Source: an uncultured bacterium (lineage in GTDB: Bacteria; Actinomycetota; Acidimicrobiia; Spongiisociales; UBA5794). From it: a DNA stretch of 64,000 nt. The notes beneath the pieces were generated by a model. The model had not been told where the DNA came from. It searched no databases and was given only the letters and a program-made list of their open reading frames with translations. How positions within the stretch are numbered: position 1 is the stretch's first letter; each line of letters opens with the position of its first letter. The DNA lies in the NCBI GenBank assembly GCA_963801165.1, contig CAWDDT010000005.1:96001-160000 (forward strand), read 5' to 3'. Shown in pieces: positions 21,690 to 31,382 of the stretch. A program made the translations under genes and the position numbers.

Positions 21690-23741
21690 TTAGCTGAGCA
21701 TCACCTGGCCACCGGTCACAGGTATGGCCTGGCCGGTCTCGTAGCGTTGCGCCACGACGTAGTAGATGGCCTCCATCACATCTGCCGGGGTACAGCCGCG
21801 GCCCATCGGGACCTTCGCCTCGTAGGCGTGGCGCACGTCCTCGATGGTCTTGGCCCCGGGCACTTTGCCCTCGCGCAGGTACTGGACAAAGAGCCCGCTC
21901 TCCGGGTCGGACCAAAGCGGGCCGTCGAGAAAGTTGCCCGGGCAGATCGCGTTGACCTTGATGCCGTCGCCAACCAACTCGAGTGCAAATGACTGGGTCA
22001 GGCCGATACCGCCGAACTTGCTCCCGGCGTAGGCGCTGTTGCGACTCGATCCGACCAGACCCGACTTCGAGTTGATCTCGATGATGTCGCCCCAGTAGTC
22101 GGGCTTGGTGCGGTGCTGCCGGGCGAGGATCGGGGCGCCGTTGCGGACGCACACAAAGAAACCGCGGTAGTTGACCCGCGTGACGGCATCGAACTCGGCT
22201 ACCGGGAGAGACGTAACACCGCCGGCCTTCAGGATGCCGGCATTGGAGATTATGAGATCGAAACCGCCGAAGCGACGGACGACTTCGTCGAAGCCGGCCG
22301 CCACCGACGCGTCGTCGGTCACGTCAACCGCCAGGGCCATGGCCCTTCCCATGCCGGAGCCGGCCGCAAGAGCCTTCGCCTCGGATTCCGCTTGGGCCGC
22401 GTTGAGATCCGCAAGCACCACGTGCGCCCCTTGGGCGACGAGGTCGCCGGCGATGGCCAATCCAAACCCCTGGGCGGCGCCTGTGACGACGGCGACCATG
22501 CGATCGGCGCGCCCCGGCCGGGCCGATCCCGCGGCGACCCGGCGGCGATCCTCCCCGGCTTCCCGGAGCTCGATGAACTTGCGCTCGTCCTCGGCGAGGG
22601 GTCGGATGCCGCCGAGCCCGGCGGCCAGTGTCGCCACCCGGACTGCATCGAGGTAGACGTCACGCACCACCTCGGCCCGGCCGATCGACGATCCCGCGGC
22701 GAAGAGACCCAGGTTGGGAACCACAACAACAGCGGGCTTGTAGCCGTGATCGCGTTCGAAGTCCTCGATGGCGGCTAGGACATCTGCGGCGAGATCACCG
22801 GCATCGAGGGTTCCGTCTGGACGCGGCTGGACCGGCTCGAGTATCAGCGGACATGATCCGGCGTAGACGATCTGGTCGGGGGTCAGCGGTCCCCGGGTGA
22901 GCAGCTTGTCGCCTGTAACGGGATGCTCGATCCGGGCGGCAAGAGAGCTGCCGTCGAAAGTGACTATCTCGAGTCGCGCACCGGTGGCGAGGGCGGCCCG
23001 TAGCGTGGGCCCGATGATGCGGACTGCCGCGGAGGCGACCGCGGGTTCCAGCGCCGGCTCGGCCCTACCCGTCTCCGCATTTCCGAGCCGATCACCTATG
23101 GCGCCGACGATCCTGCTGGAAATGCGGTCGATGTCGTCCGGGCTATCAGCAGCGACGATGAGCCCATGGTTCTGGAGCAGGAGTGCCACCGGCTCCGAAA
23201 CGCCGGTCCCGGCCTCGTGCTCACGCAACATCGCCCGGATCCGCCGGGCCAGGGGGAGACCGGGATTGGTGTACGGGATCCAGAGAACCTCGTCGCCGAA
23301 CAGCTCGGCGGCGAGATCTCGACCCCGGCTGCTGCAGGTCAGTGCGTTGATCGTGATCGGGTGGGTGTGCAGCACGTACCGCTGCGGGAGGAGGGCGTGG
23401 AAGAGGAACTCGCCCGAGAGGCGCCGGCCGTCACCGGGCCCGATCCCTGCCGCGACGGCCACCGCAATGGCCTGGTCGGTGTCGCCGGCGGGACCGGGCC
23501 GCTCCGGGGCATCGAGTAGGTCCAGCAGGGGCCGCAGCTCCAGACCGATGAAATCCTCGACCGTCAGGGTGGACAGCGGTGCTCCGCTCGGCTTGATGTA
23601 CAGCACACCGTCCGCCTTGACCGAGCTGTTGCCGATAACGGCCCGCGATAACTCCGGATCGAGGCCGTAACGGTGGGAAACCTCGACGATGGCAGCCAGC
23701 GCATGCGGCAGAGGGTTCTTGCTCATGGTCTGCTCGCTCAC
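21690..23741 (-). CDS. Fusion of class II aldolase/adducin domain and SDR (sorbitol-6-phosphate dehydrogenase-like)
   Basis: N-terminal GNSSVK, IKPSG, HTHP, LQNHG, TPDQIVY; C-terminal TGAAQGFG, NAG, NSKSG..GS..NSAYAGSKFGG. Confidence 0.85.
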   Translation of the reverse strand: MSEQTMSKNPLPHALAAIVEVSHRYGLDPELSRAVIGNSSVKADGVLYIKPSGAPLSTLTVEDFIGLELRPLLDLLDAPERPGPAGDTDQAIAVAVAAGIGPGDGRRLSGEFLFHALLPQRYVLHTHPITINALTCSSRGRDLAAELFGDEVLWIPYTNPGLPLARRIRAMLREHEAGTGVSEPVALLLQNHGLIVAADSPDDIDRISSRIVGAIGDRLGNAETGRAEPALEPAVASAAVRIIGPTLRAALATGARLEIVTFDGSSLAARIEHPVTGDKLLTRGPLTPDQIVYAGSCPLILEPVQPRPDGTLDAGDLAADVLAAIEDFERDHGYKPAVVVVPNLGLFAAGSSIGRAEVVRDVYLDAVRVATLAAGLGGIRPLAEDERKFIELREAGEDRRRVAAGSARPGRADRMVAVVTGAAQGFGLAIAGDLVAQGAHVVLADLNAAQAESEAKALAAGSGMGRAMALAVDVTDDASVAAGFDEVVRRFGGFDLIISNAGILKAGGVTSLPVAEFDAVTRVNYRGFFVCVRNGAPILARQHRTKPDYWGDIIEINSKSGLVGSSRNSAYAGSKFGGIGLTQSFALELVGDGIKVNAICPGNFLDGPLWSDPESGLFVQYLREGKVPGAKTIEDVRHAYEAKVPMGRGCTPADVMEAIYYVVAQRYETGQAIPVTGGQVMLS

Positions 23742-24988
23742 GCCACCACCGCCGTGCTCTGTGCGCTCGCAATCACTTGCTCCCCGAGCTCGCGGAACCA
23801 GCGGATCCGCGTCTCACCGTCGGTGAACCCGGTGGCGAGCTGCCCCCCGGCGTCGACGTAGCCGGGCCGGTCTGTCTGGCGCAGATGTTGATGGGCCGCG
23901 ATCACGCAGGTTGCTTCCCAGAATGTCGTTCGGGCCATGTCCGACGGCGCGACCCCGCCCCGGCAGGCCGGCGTCAGGGGGATCATGCGCTGGGTGTTGT
24001 GCTCGGTGCCGGCCAGCACCAGTATCCCGGCCTCACGAAGCACGGATACGTATCGATCTACCGTCTCAGGGGCGTTGCGGGCCGGAATCAGCTCGGCGCA
24101 GTAGACGCCCCGATCGAGCAGCGCCTGAGCCAGCGCCACCGGCGGGTCCTCGAAGGGGCACACCGGTTCCGCGCCGTCGGCGAGGATGGGATAACAGGGA
24201 ATCCCGTCCAGCTCCAGCACGAGCCGATAGGCGTCATCGAAAGATACCTCGGCGTCCGGTACGAAGGCGGGCCGGCCGGCCTTCATGAGCTTGGAGCGGA
24301 TGGCGTTCTGAAGAGCGATCGGGTCGGTGACGATGGTCGGGTCCGCGGCAGATCCCAGCAACGCCGCCAGCACGGTCCCGCGCTCCCCGGGATCAAATTG
24401 CGCGTACACGCTCTCCTGGAGGGCACGGGCGAGATGGCGCTCCTGGAGCGAGACCCATCCGGCGGGGACACCGCTCCTCCTCGCCACATCGCCAACGATG
24501 TTCTCGATGGTGGGCGGCTGGTCGATACCGGCCGCGAGCCCGAGATCGGTCAGCCGGGCCGCCATCGCGTTCATTCGCTTCTCACTCGAAGCGCGGATCT
24601 TGTCCAGGAGGCGTGTCGCCACCAGGCCCGGGGCCCTGTAGCCTGCCATTGCCTTGCCGCACATGTAGGTGCGGCCCGGGTTATCCGGATCGTTCACCAG
24701 AACGCCTTCGGCCCGCAGATCTTCCTGGAGGGTGATGATCTCGGTGCCGAAGAGCGGAGCGATGCGAGCGGCCGCACACGCCCGGGCGAAACGGTCATAG
24801 ATGCTGAAATCGAAGTAGTTGGAGGCTCCGACCGCGACCACGCCTTCGTCTCGGGCACGGTTCACAACGGCCTCCACGTCCTCGAACGCCGAAAAGTTGG
24901 GCGGCAGGTGCACGTGCGCATTGACGGGCCTCGGACCCGGTTCCCGGTCGATGGAGTGTGAACTATTGTCGAGGGCGGTGCGTGTCAC
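23738..24988 (-). CDS. PHP-fold metallohydrolase of unknown function
   Basis: NAHVHLPPNFS, FGTEII, NDPDNPGRTYMCGK, ERHLARA, ELIPARN, GTEHNT. Confidence 0.75.
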   Translation of the reverse strand: MTRTALDNSSHSIDREPGPRPVNAHVHLPPNFSAFEDVEAVVNRARDEGVVAVGASNYFDFSIYDRFARACAAARIAPLFGTEIITLQEDLRAEGVLVNDPDNPGRTYMCGKAMAGYRAPGLVATRLLDKIRASSEKRMNAMAARLTDLGLAAGIDQPPTIENIVGDVARRSGVPAGWVSLQERHLARALQESVYAQFDPGERGTVLAALLGSAADPTIVTDPIALQNAIRSKLMKAGRPAFVPDAEVSFDDAYRLVLELDGIPCYPILADGAEPVCPFEDPPVALAQALLDRGVYCAELIPARNAPETVDRYVSVLREAGILVLAGTEHNTQRMIPLTPACRGGVAPSDMARTTFWEATCVIAAHQHLRQTDRPGYVDAGGQLATGFTDGETRIRWFRELGEQVIASAQSTAVVA

Positions 24989-25191
24989 GGGCCGCAGCTC
25001 CGGTCAGGGTCTCGCCGGCAACGTCTTCGGAGCGACACCGGCTGGCTTTCGACTATTTACGATTCGTTACTATTGTCTTATACTACGACATGAATTTGAC
25101 GGTCACAACCACCGAATCGAAAGAATATGAAATCGCTCTCCCCGACCCGGAAACGGTCCGGGAACGGCTATCGACCCCATCGAGGTGAGAA

Positions 25192-27498
25192 ATGATGGCG
25201 ACGGAGACTGCATATCGGAGCGACACCCGGCCCGGCTTTGCACCGTTCGAGGTGTCGCTGGGCTCGATTGGAGGCTTCGTCTACACGGGCGATCTCAGCT
25301 CGGAGCTCGGTGCCGGCCGCCTCACCCCCGCGTCGACACTTGATCTGCTCGACGACATGCTCGCGATCCGTGAGCTCGAAGAGATGATCGTCCGTCTCCG
25401 CTCGGGTGGCTACGACCCGCTACCCGGCTACGACTACCGGGGCCCCACCCACGTCTCCATCGGCCAGGAAGCGAGCGCCGTGGGGGCCTCGAGCGTCCTC
25501 CGCCTCGATGACCATGTCACCAGCAGCCACCGCGGACACGGCGACGCGATCGCAAAGGGTTTCTCAGCGATGCGGGCGATGACGGACGATCAGCTGCGGG
25601 CGCGAGTACCCGGCGCGAGTGCAAACAGCCATGACGACCTGCTGGCGGGTGCTCTCGAAGAACATGTGTACCGGGTAATCGCCGAGCTGTTCGGCAAGGA
25701 AGAGGGATACTGCAAGGGCCGCGGTGGGGGCATGCACATCGGTGACTTCTCCACCGGTCACCTGGGCGCCAATGCCATCGTGGGTGGCAGTGTGCCAATC
25801 GCAACGGGTGCGGCGATGGCTCTGCGTTACCAGGGCTCCGACCGCGTTGTGTGCTGCTTTGCCGGTGATGGAGCCTACGCAAACGGCGTCGTGCTCGAAT
25901 CCCTCAACTGGGCCGTTCAGGAGCAATGGACAAACCACCTGGCCGGCGACCACGCCGGCGGGTTGCCCGTCATCTTCTTCGTCCAAAACAACCATTACGG
26001 CATGACCCACCGCACCGATGACGAGGTCATGGGCGTAAGCCATCTCGCCCGCCGCGGCGCCGGCTTCGCCGAGAACAACATGCACGCCGAGACGGTGAAC
26101 GGTATGGACGTTCTGGCGGTTCGCGACGCGGTCACCCGAGCTGTGGCTCTGTGTCGTGAAGGCGAGGGTCCCGTCCTCATCGAGGCGAGCACATACCGCT
26201 ACTACGGGCACTCTCTCTCGGATCCGCGCAACGAGTATCGGACCCGGGAAGAGGAGGCTGCCTGGCGTGCAGTCGATCCAATCGAGCATCTCAAGAGACA
26301 GCTCCAAGAAACGGGCGCGGCCGACGAAGCCACGATTGCCGCGGTTGTGGCCAATGCCAGGGATCGGAACGCCCGCGCCGCTCTGCGCGCTTCACAGGCC
26401 ACCGATCCTGATCCGGCCGACGTCACCCGCTACCTGTTCACCGACACTGCCGCGGACGTGGTGCCCGAACCTGACCGGGTGGTTGCCACCCTGGCGGACC
26501 CCCCGGTGGCCGCCCGCGGCCCGGACGGCGAGATCAGCTACAAGGATGCCCTCCGCGATGCCCTGACCGAGGAGATGCTGCGCGACCGGCGCGTCATTGC
26601 CTACGGGGAGGACATAGCCGAGTATGGCGGTGCCTTCAAGCTCACCAAGGGGCTTCTGGAGACATTCGGCCGACAGCGCATCTTCAACACCCCGATCTCC
26701 GAAGCATGTATCTGCGGGACCGCGGTCGGTGCCTCGATGGTCGGGCTACGGCCGGTCGTCGAGTTGATGTACATGGATTTCGCTCTCATGGCCTCGGACC
26801 AGATCGCCAACCAGGCGGCCAAGTGGCACTACATGTCGGGGGCGCAGACCGAGGTGCCGCTGGTAATTCGCGCTTCTGTCGGCGCCGGCAAGGGCTACGG
26901 AGGCCAGCATTCCCAGTCGCTCGAGAGCGTCTTCACCCACATCCCCGGCATCTACGTCCTGTATCCGGCAACGCCTGGCGATGCCAAGGGCCTTCTCAAG
27001 AGCGCGATCAGGGACAACAACCCGGTTCTGTTTGTCGAGAGCCAGGGCCTGTATGCGACCAAGGGATTCGTCCCGGAGGGTGAGGTCCTGACGCCGATCG
27101 GCGTCGCCCGCGTCGCACGGGAGGGCTCGGACGTCACCATCGTGGCCTGGGGCCCGGCCGTCGTCGACGCCATGAAGGCAGCCGATCGCCTGGCTGCCGA
27201 GAGAAGCATCTCGGCCGAGGTCATCGACCTGCGCAGCCTCTTCCCGCTGGACATGGAAACCGTATTGAACTCGATCGCCAAGACGGGGCGCGGTGTCGTT
27301 GCCACGCAGGCGGTCCTCACCGGCAGCTTCGTCAACGAGATCGTGGCTCGCATCCAGTTCGAGGCATTCGACGAGCTAGATGCCCCCATCGCCCGCGTTG
27401 GTGCCGCTTTCGGCATCAGCCCCCAGGCCGAGGGACTCGAGCGGGCCTTCCTGCCCGACGCCACGACCATCTTCGACGCGGCTGCCGGCCTCCTGTGA
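25192..27498 (+). CDS. TPP-dependent dehydrogenase E1, alpha+beta fusion (acetoin/2-oxoacid dehydrogenase family)
   Basis: HVSIGQEA, SHRGHG, GRGGGMH, GDGA...NN TPP motif, YRYYGHSLSD; beta half YGEDI, NTPISE, GGQHSQ, EVIDLRSL. Confidence 0.9.
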   Translation: MMATETAYRSDTRPGFAPFEVSLGSIGGFVYTGDLSSELGAGRLTPASTLDLLDDMLAIRELEEMIVRLRSGGYDPLPGYDYRGPTHVSIGQEASAVGASSVLRLDDHVTSSHRGHGDAIAKGFSAMRAMTDDQLRARVPGASANSHDDLLAGALEEHVYRVIAELFGKEEGYCKGRGGGMHIGDFSTGHLGANAIVGGSVPIATGAAMALRYQGSDRVVCCFAGDGAYANGVVLESLNWAVQEQWTNHLAGDHAGGLPVIFFVQNNHYGMTHRTDDEVMGVSHLARRGAGFAENNMHAETVNGMDVLAVRDAVTRAVALCREGEGPVLIEASTYRYYGHSLSDPRNEYRTREEEAAWRAVDPIEHLKRQLQETGAADEATIAAVVANARDRNARAALRASQATDPDPADVTRYLFTDTAADVVPEPDRVVATLADPPVAARGPDGEISYKDALRDALTEEMLRDRRVIAYGEDIAEYGGAFKLTKGLLETFGRQRIFNTPISEACICGTAVGASMVGLRPVVELMYMDFALMASDQIANQAAKWHYMSGAQTEVPLVIRASVGAGKGYGGQHSQSLESVFTHIPGIYVLYPATPGDAKGLLKSAIRDNNPVLFVESQGLYATKGFVPEGEVLTPIGVARVAREGSDVTIVAWGPAVVDAMKAADRLAAERSISAEVIDLRSLFPLDMETVLNSIAKTGRGVVATQAVLTGSFVNEIVARIQFEAFDELDAPIARVGAAFGISPQAEGLERAFLPDATTIFDAAAGLL

Positions 27499-27533
27499 GA
27501 TCCAAAGAGTTGAGCTAGAGCTGAGGAGTACCG

Positions 27534-28841
27534 ATGGCGCATCCGATCCTGATGCCGAAGCCGGGCCAGATGACCGAGGAGTGCACGATCGTCGCCTGGA
27601 ACAAGAAGCCGGGCGACCCGGTCCACCGGGGCGACATCCTCTTCGAGATCGAGACCGACAAGTCGGACATGGACGTGGAGGCGTTCGAAGAAGGTGTCCT
27701 TTTGAAGACGTACTTCGAGGAGGGAGACACGGTCCCGGTGAACAGCGTGGTGGCCTATGTCGGCGAGGCGGGCGAAGAAGTGCCCGACGTGGCCCCGTCG
27801 GCGCCCGCCGCGATCGAGCCCTCCGCCACGCCACTACCGCCGGGTCCATCGCCGGATCTCACCGGCGCCCCCGTTGCGACCGCGGCCGTCGCTCCTCCTG
27901 TGGCCGCGGTCGCCCCACCCCTGTCCACCGCAACCTCGAGTCGGGAAGATCGGCTGCGCATCAGCCCGCGTGCCAGCAGGCTCGCTGCCAGCACCGGCAT
28001 CGACCCGCGCACGATCTCCGGCACGGGCCCCGAAGGCCGCATCACCGAGCGCGATGTGCAGGCCGCACTCGACACCCGCTCCTCGGGCCAGCCGAGCGCG
28101 ACGCCGGCACCCTTTCCCGCCCACATCCCACCGGCGGTCGTCAGTGAAGACGAGGAAGGTCCCCGGGCCATGAGCCGCATGCGGCAGGTGATCGCCGAGC
28201 GGTTGACGTACTCGGCGACAACGGTTCCGCACTTCACCATGACCGTCAACGTGGATATGACCAGCGTCCTGACTCTCCGTACCGAGCTGAAAACCACCGG
28301 CACCCAGTTGAGCCTCACCGACTTCATCCTGGCAGCGACAGCGCAAACCCTCGCCGAGTTCCCGGAGGTCAACTCGCGCACCGACGGGGCTTCCGTGTGG
28401 ATCCGGAACCGGGTCCATCTCGGCCTTGCCGTTTCTGTGCCCAACGGGCTGGTCGTGCCGGTAATCCGTGACGCCGATCGGCTCTCCTTGACCGAGCTCC
28501 ATGATCGGGCAGGTGCGGTCGCGGTGGCGGCCCGGGAGGGAACCCTCTCACCAGACGACATGACCGGCAGCACCTTCACCGTCTCCAACTTGGGGATGTT
28601 CGGCGTCGACGAGTTCACCGCGATCATCAATCCCGGAGAGTCGGCCATATTGGCCGTGGCCAGCGTCGTGCCCACCGCGGTAGCGATCGGCGACGGGCTG
28701 GCTGTACGGCAGGTCATGAAGCTGACTCTCTCTGCCGATCACCGGATCATCGATGGCGAGCTGGCTGCCCGTTTTCTCAGCTCCCTCCGGCGCCGGCTCA
28801 CCGACGTCGAAGCCTTCCGTCTAGACGCACTCAACTCTTAG
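27534..28841 (+). CDS. Dihydrolipoamide acyltransferase E2
   Basis: Lipoyl motif EIETDK, peripheral-subunit-binding domain (ISPRASRLA...GTGPEGRI), TFTVSNLG, catalytic DHRIIDG. Confidence 0.93.
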   Translation: MAHPILMPKPGQMTEECTIVAWNKKPGDPVHRGDILFEIETDKSDMDVEAFEEGVLLKTYFEEGDTVPVNSVVAYVGEAGEEVPDVAPSAPAAIEPSATPLPPGPSPDLTGAPVATAAVAPPVAAVAPPLSTATSSREDRLRISPRASRLAASTGIDPRTISGTGPEGRITERDVQAALDTRSSGQPSATPAPFPAHIPPAVVSEDEEGPRAMSRMRQVIAERLTYSATTVPHFTMTVNVDMTSVLTLRTELKTTGTQLSLTDFILAATAQTLAEFPEVNSRTDGASVWIRNRVHLGLAVSVPNGLVVPVIRDADRLSLTELHDRAGAVAVAAREGTLSPDDMTGSTFTVSNLGMFGVDEFTAIINPGESAILAVASVVPTAVAIGDGLAVRQVMKLTLSADHRIIDGELAARFLSSLRRRLTDVEAFRLDALNS

Positions 28842-28854
28842 GATGGCCCGGGGT

Positions 28855-29178
28855 TCACTCCACCTCGCCCTCGTCGAACTCGATGTCGTAGAGCGCCGCG
28901 CCGAGTGTCTTGCCGTGGCGGTCCAGGTAGAGCGATGTGTTCACCGTGTCGCCGGGGTGCCGCCTGCACACGAACAGAACAGTGGCGATCTTGGGAAGCT
29001 CGTGCCTCGCCTCGACACCGGCGATACGCCCGTCCAGGTGCCGAGTGGCGACCTCGCTGGTGAGACGTTCGGCCAGCAACTGGTAAGCCTCCTGGTCATG
29101 GCAGGTGACCGAGATGGTGGTAAGCGGACCCTTGTCACCGGTGCGGACGTGGGCGATGTCACGGAGCAACCTGCTCAC
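28855..29178 (-). CDS. AtuA-related small protein (C-terminal domain type)
   Basis: LRDIAHVRTGDKG...SLYLDRHGKTL; GTG overlaps the upstream TGA. Confidence 0.8.
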   Translation of the reverse strand: MSRLLRDIAHVRTGDKGPLTTISVTCHDQEAYQLLAERLTSEVATRHLDGRIAGVEARHELPKIATVLFVCRRHPGDTVNTSLYLDRHGKTLGAALYDIEFDEGEVE

Positions 29179-30494
29179 ACCGGTACCCCCGGAGTGACGG
29201 AGACCTGCGGCGTGACGGCATCCCGTGCGACCAGGGTCGACACGATCCCGATCGTCTCCTCGATGCGGGTGCGCACACCGCCTCCACCGGCGGGACCGGA
29301 GGTGTATAGCGCCAGCACCTCCTCGGCCACCCGCTCGGCGGCGACCCTGTCGGTGACCCGGGCGGCGATCCGGACCCGACACCCCGGGGCGGACCACCGG
29401 TCGGTACCGAGATCGAGAACCTCCGTCTTGGCGACCTCGAGCCTCAGCTCGATACCGCCGGGGAGACGGTCCCTGACCAGCTCGCACGCCAGTCTCCCCC
29501 GTTCAACGGCCCCCCGACCCGCGTAGGAGATCTCGCCTTCGACGGTGCAGCCTGCTCGATACCCAACGCTCACCTTCAGCTGCTCGGGACGGCTGCTCCC
29601 CCGCGCCCCGTCGACTCGTACTCGATCGTCTCCCTGATCGGCGACATCGACATTGGAAAAGTCGGCGATCACATCAGGAGTTACGTACGCATGTGGGTCG
29701 GTGATCTCGTACATCAGCTGCTCGATCACCGTGTCCCTGGTGACCATCCCGCCGGTGTCGTTCAGCTTGGTGACGACCGCCGAACCGTCGGCTGCAACCT
29801 CGGCGAGTGGATACCCGACATCGGCGAGGCCGGGCACCTCCCGGAGCGGCGGGTCGGCGAAGTAGCCGCCGGAGACCTGGGGACCGCACTCGAGCAGATG
29901 ACCGATCACCGTGCCCCGAGCCATGAGATCGAAATCGCCGCCGTCCCATTGGTGCGCGAGCACGAGGGGGGCGAGAAACAGGGACGGGTCGGCGACGCGA
30001 CCGGTCAAGACCACTTGGGCGTCGGTCCGCAGTGCTCCGAGTAGATGCTCTGCACCGAGGTAGGCGTTGGCGGACACGATCTCACCGTGCGCCTCCAGGG
30101 GCAGGCCGTCCTCAATGGCGGGCGCATCGGGATCGATGAGTGTCAGCACATCGTCACCGGTCAACGCCGCTACCCGAACGGCGATGCCCAGCTCACGTGC
30201 GATCCCGGCGGCCACCCGGGCCGCCCCCTCGGGGTTGGCGGCCCCCATGTTGGAGATGAGCCGCGTCTGGCCCCTCGCCAGAACGGGGAGGAGTTGCCGC
30301 ATTCGTTTCCTCAGCAGCGGGTCGAACCCGGCGTCCGGGTCGGCGAGACGCCGCAACTGGGCATCGGCGATGGTGCGCTCAGCGAGACATTCCAGCACGA
30401 GGAAATCGAGCTCACCCCGCTCGAGCAGGTCGAGCGCCGGCGGGAGCCGATCTCCCGAAAAGCCAGCCCCACAGCCGATTCTCACGTGCGTCAC
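29175..30494 (-). CDS. Acyclic terpene utilisation AtuA-family (DUF1446) protein
   Basis: RIGCGAGFSGDR, ECLAERT, NMGAANP, SANAYLG, TGRVADPSL, GHLLECG, EQLMYEI.DP..Y.TPDV, GPAGGGG. Confidence 0.9.
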   Translation of the reverse strand: MTHVRIGCGAGFSGDRLPPALDLLERGELDFLVLECLAERTIADAQLRRLADPDAGFDPLLRKRMRQLLPVLARGQTRLISNMGAANPEGAARVAAGIARELGIAVRVAALTGDDVLTLIDPDAPAIEDGLPLEAHGEIVSANAYLGAEHLLGALRTDAQVVLTGRVADPSLFLAPLVLAHQWDGGDFDLMARGTVIGHLLECGPQVSGGYFADPPLREVPGLADVGYPLAEVAADGSAVVTKLNDTGGMVTRDTVIEQLMYEITDPHAYVTPDVIADFSNVDVADQGDDRVRVDGARGSSRPEQLKVSVGYRAGCTVEGEISYAGRGAVERGRLACELVRDRLPGGIELRLEVAKTEVLDLGTDRWSAPGCRVRIAARVTDRVAAERVAEEVLALYTSGPAGGGGVRTRIEETIGIVSTLVARDAVTPQVSVTPGVPV

Positions 30495-30555
30495 GCCCGC
30501 CACTGTACCTCGCCGCGGGCTACGCTCCCACCGAGTCATTGAGAGGAGAACCGCG

Positions 30556-31317
30556 GTGCCGGCGCAGTATCAGATCAGCTCGGTATTCGACGGCATGGCC
30601 GCCGTGATCTTCGACCTCGACGGTGTAATCACCGACACCGCGTCCGTGCACACGGCAGCGTGGACCCAGCTCTTCAACGGGTACCTGGAACAAAGGGCCC
30701 GTTCCGACGGCACGGATTTCGTGCCGTTCACGGGCGACGACTATGTCTCGTTTGTCGACGGCAAACTGCGCTATGACGGTGTGAAGTCGTTTCTCGAATC
30801 GCGCGGCATCGACCTCCCGTATGGCGATCCCAGCGACAGTCCCGACCAGGAGACGGTGTGTGGTCTGGGGAACCGGAAGAACGGTATGTTTCGTCGTGCC
30901 CTCGACGAGGAAGGCGCCGAGGTCTTTCCAACGACGGTGACCTTGATCGAGCGGCTCCGCTCGATGTCGGTCAAGACCGGCTGTGTATCCTCGTCGAAGA
31001 ACTGCCGCTTGATTCTCGGATCGGTCGGTCTGCTCGCCAGCTTCGACGCCATCATCGACGGGCGGGACGCAGAGGAGGGTGGCATTCCCGGCAAGCCGGC
31101 GCCGGACACCTACCTCGAGTGCGCCCGCCGGCTCGGTGTAGAGGCGGGGGACGCGGTGGTGGTCGAAGACGCCATCTCGGGGGTTGCCTCAGGTGCCGCC
31201 GGCGGGTTTGGCCAGGTGATCGGGGTCAACCGGAGGGCGGGCCGCAGTGAGCTGCTGGCCGCCGGCGCAACCGTCGTAGTCGACGACCTCGGGGAGCTTC
31301 TCCAACCAACGGCTTGA
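30556..31317 (+). CDS. HAD-IA hydrolase, beta-phosphoglucomutase family
   Basis: FDLDGVITDTASVH, VDGK.RYDGV, SSSKN, GKPAPD, VEDAISGV; GAGGAG RBS. Confidence 0.88.
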   Translation: MPAQYQISSVFDGMAAVIFDLDGVITDTASVHTAAWTQLFNGYLEQRARSDGTDFVPFTGDDYVSFVDGKLRYDGVKSFLESRGIDLPYGDPSDSPDQETVCGLGNRKNGMFRRALDEEGAEVFPTTVTLIERLRSMSVKTGCVSSSKNCRLILGSVGLLASFDAIIDGRDAEEGGIPGKPAPDTYLECARRLGVEAGDAVVVEDAISGVASGAAGGFGQVIGVNRRAGRSELLAAGATVVVDDLGELLQPTA

Positions 31318-31382
31318 CCCGCCATACCGGGCGCACCATCCCGTCTCCTGAGCGCATCTGCACCCGTGAACCACATCTGGCC

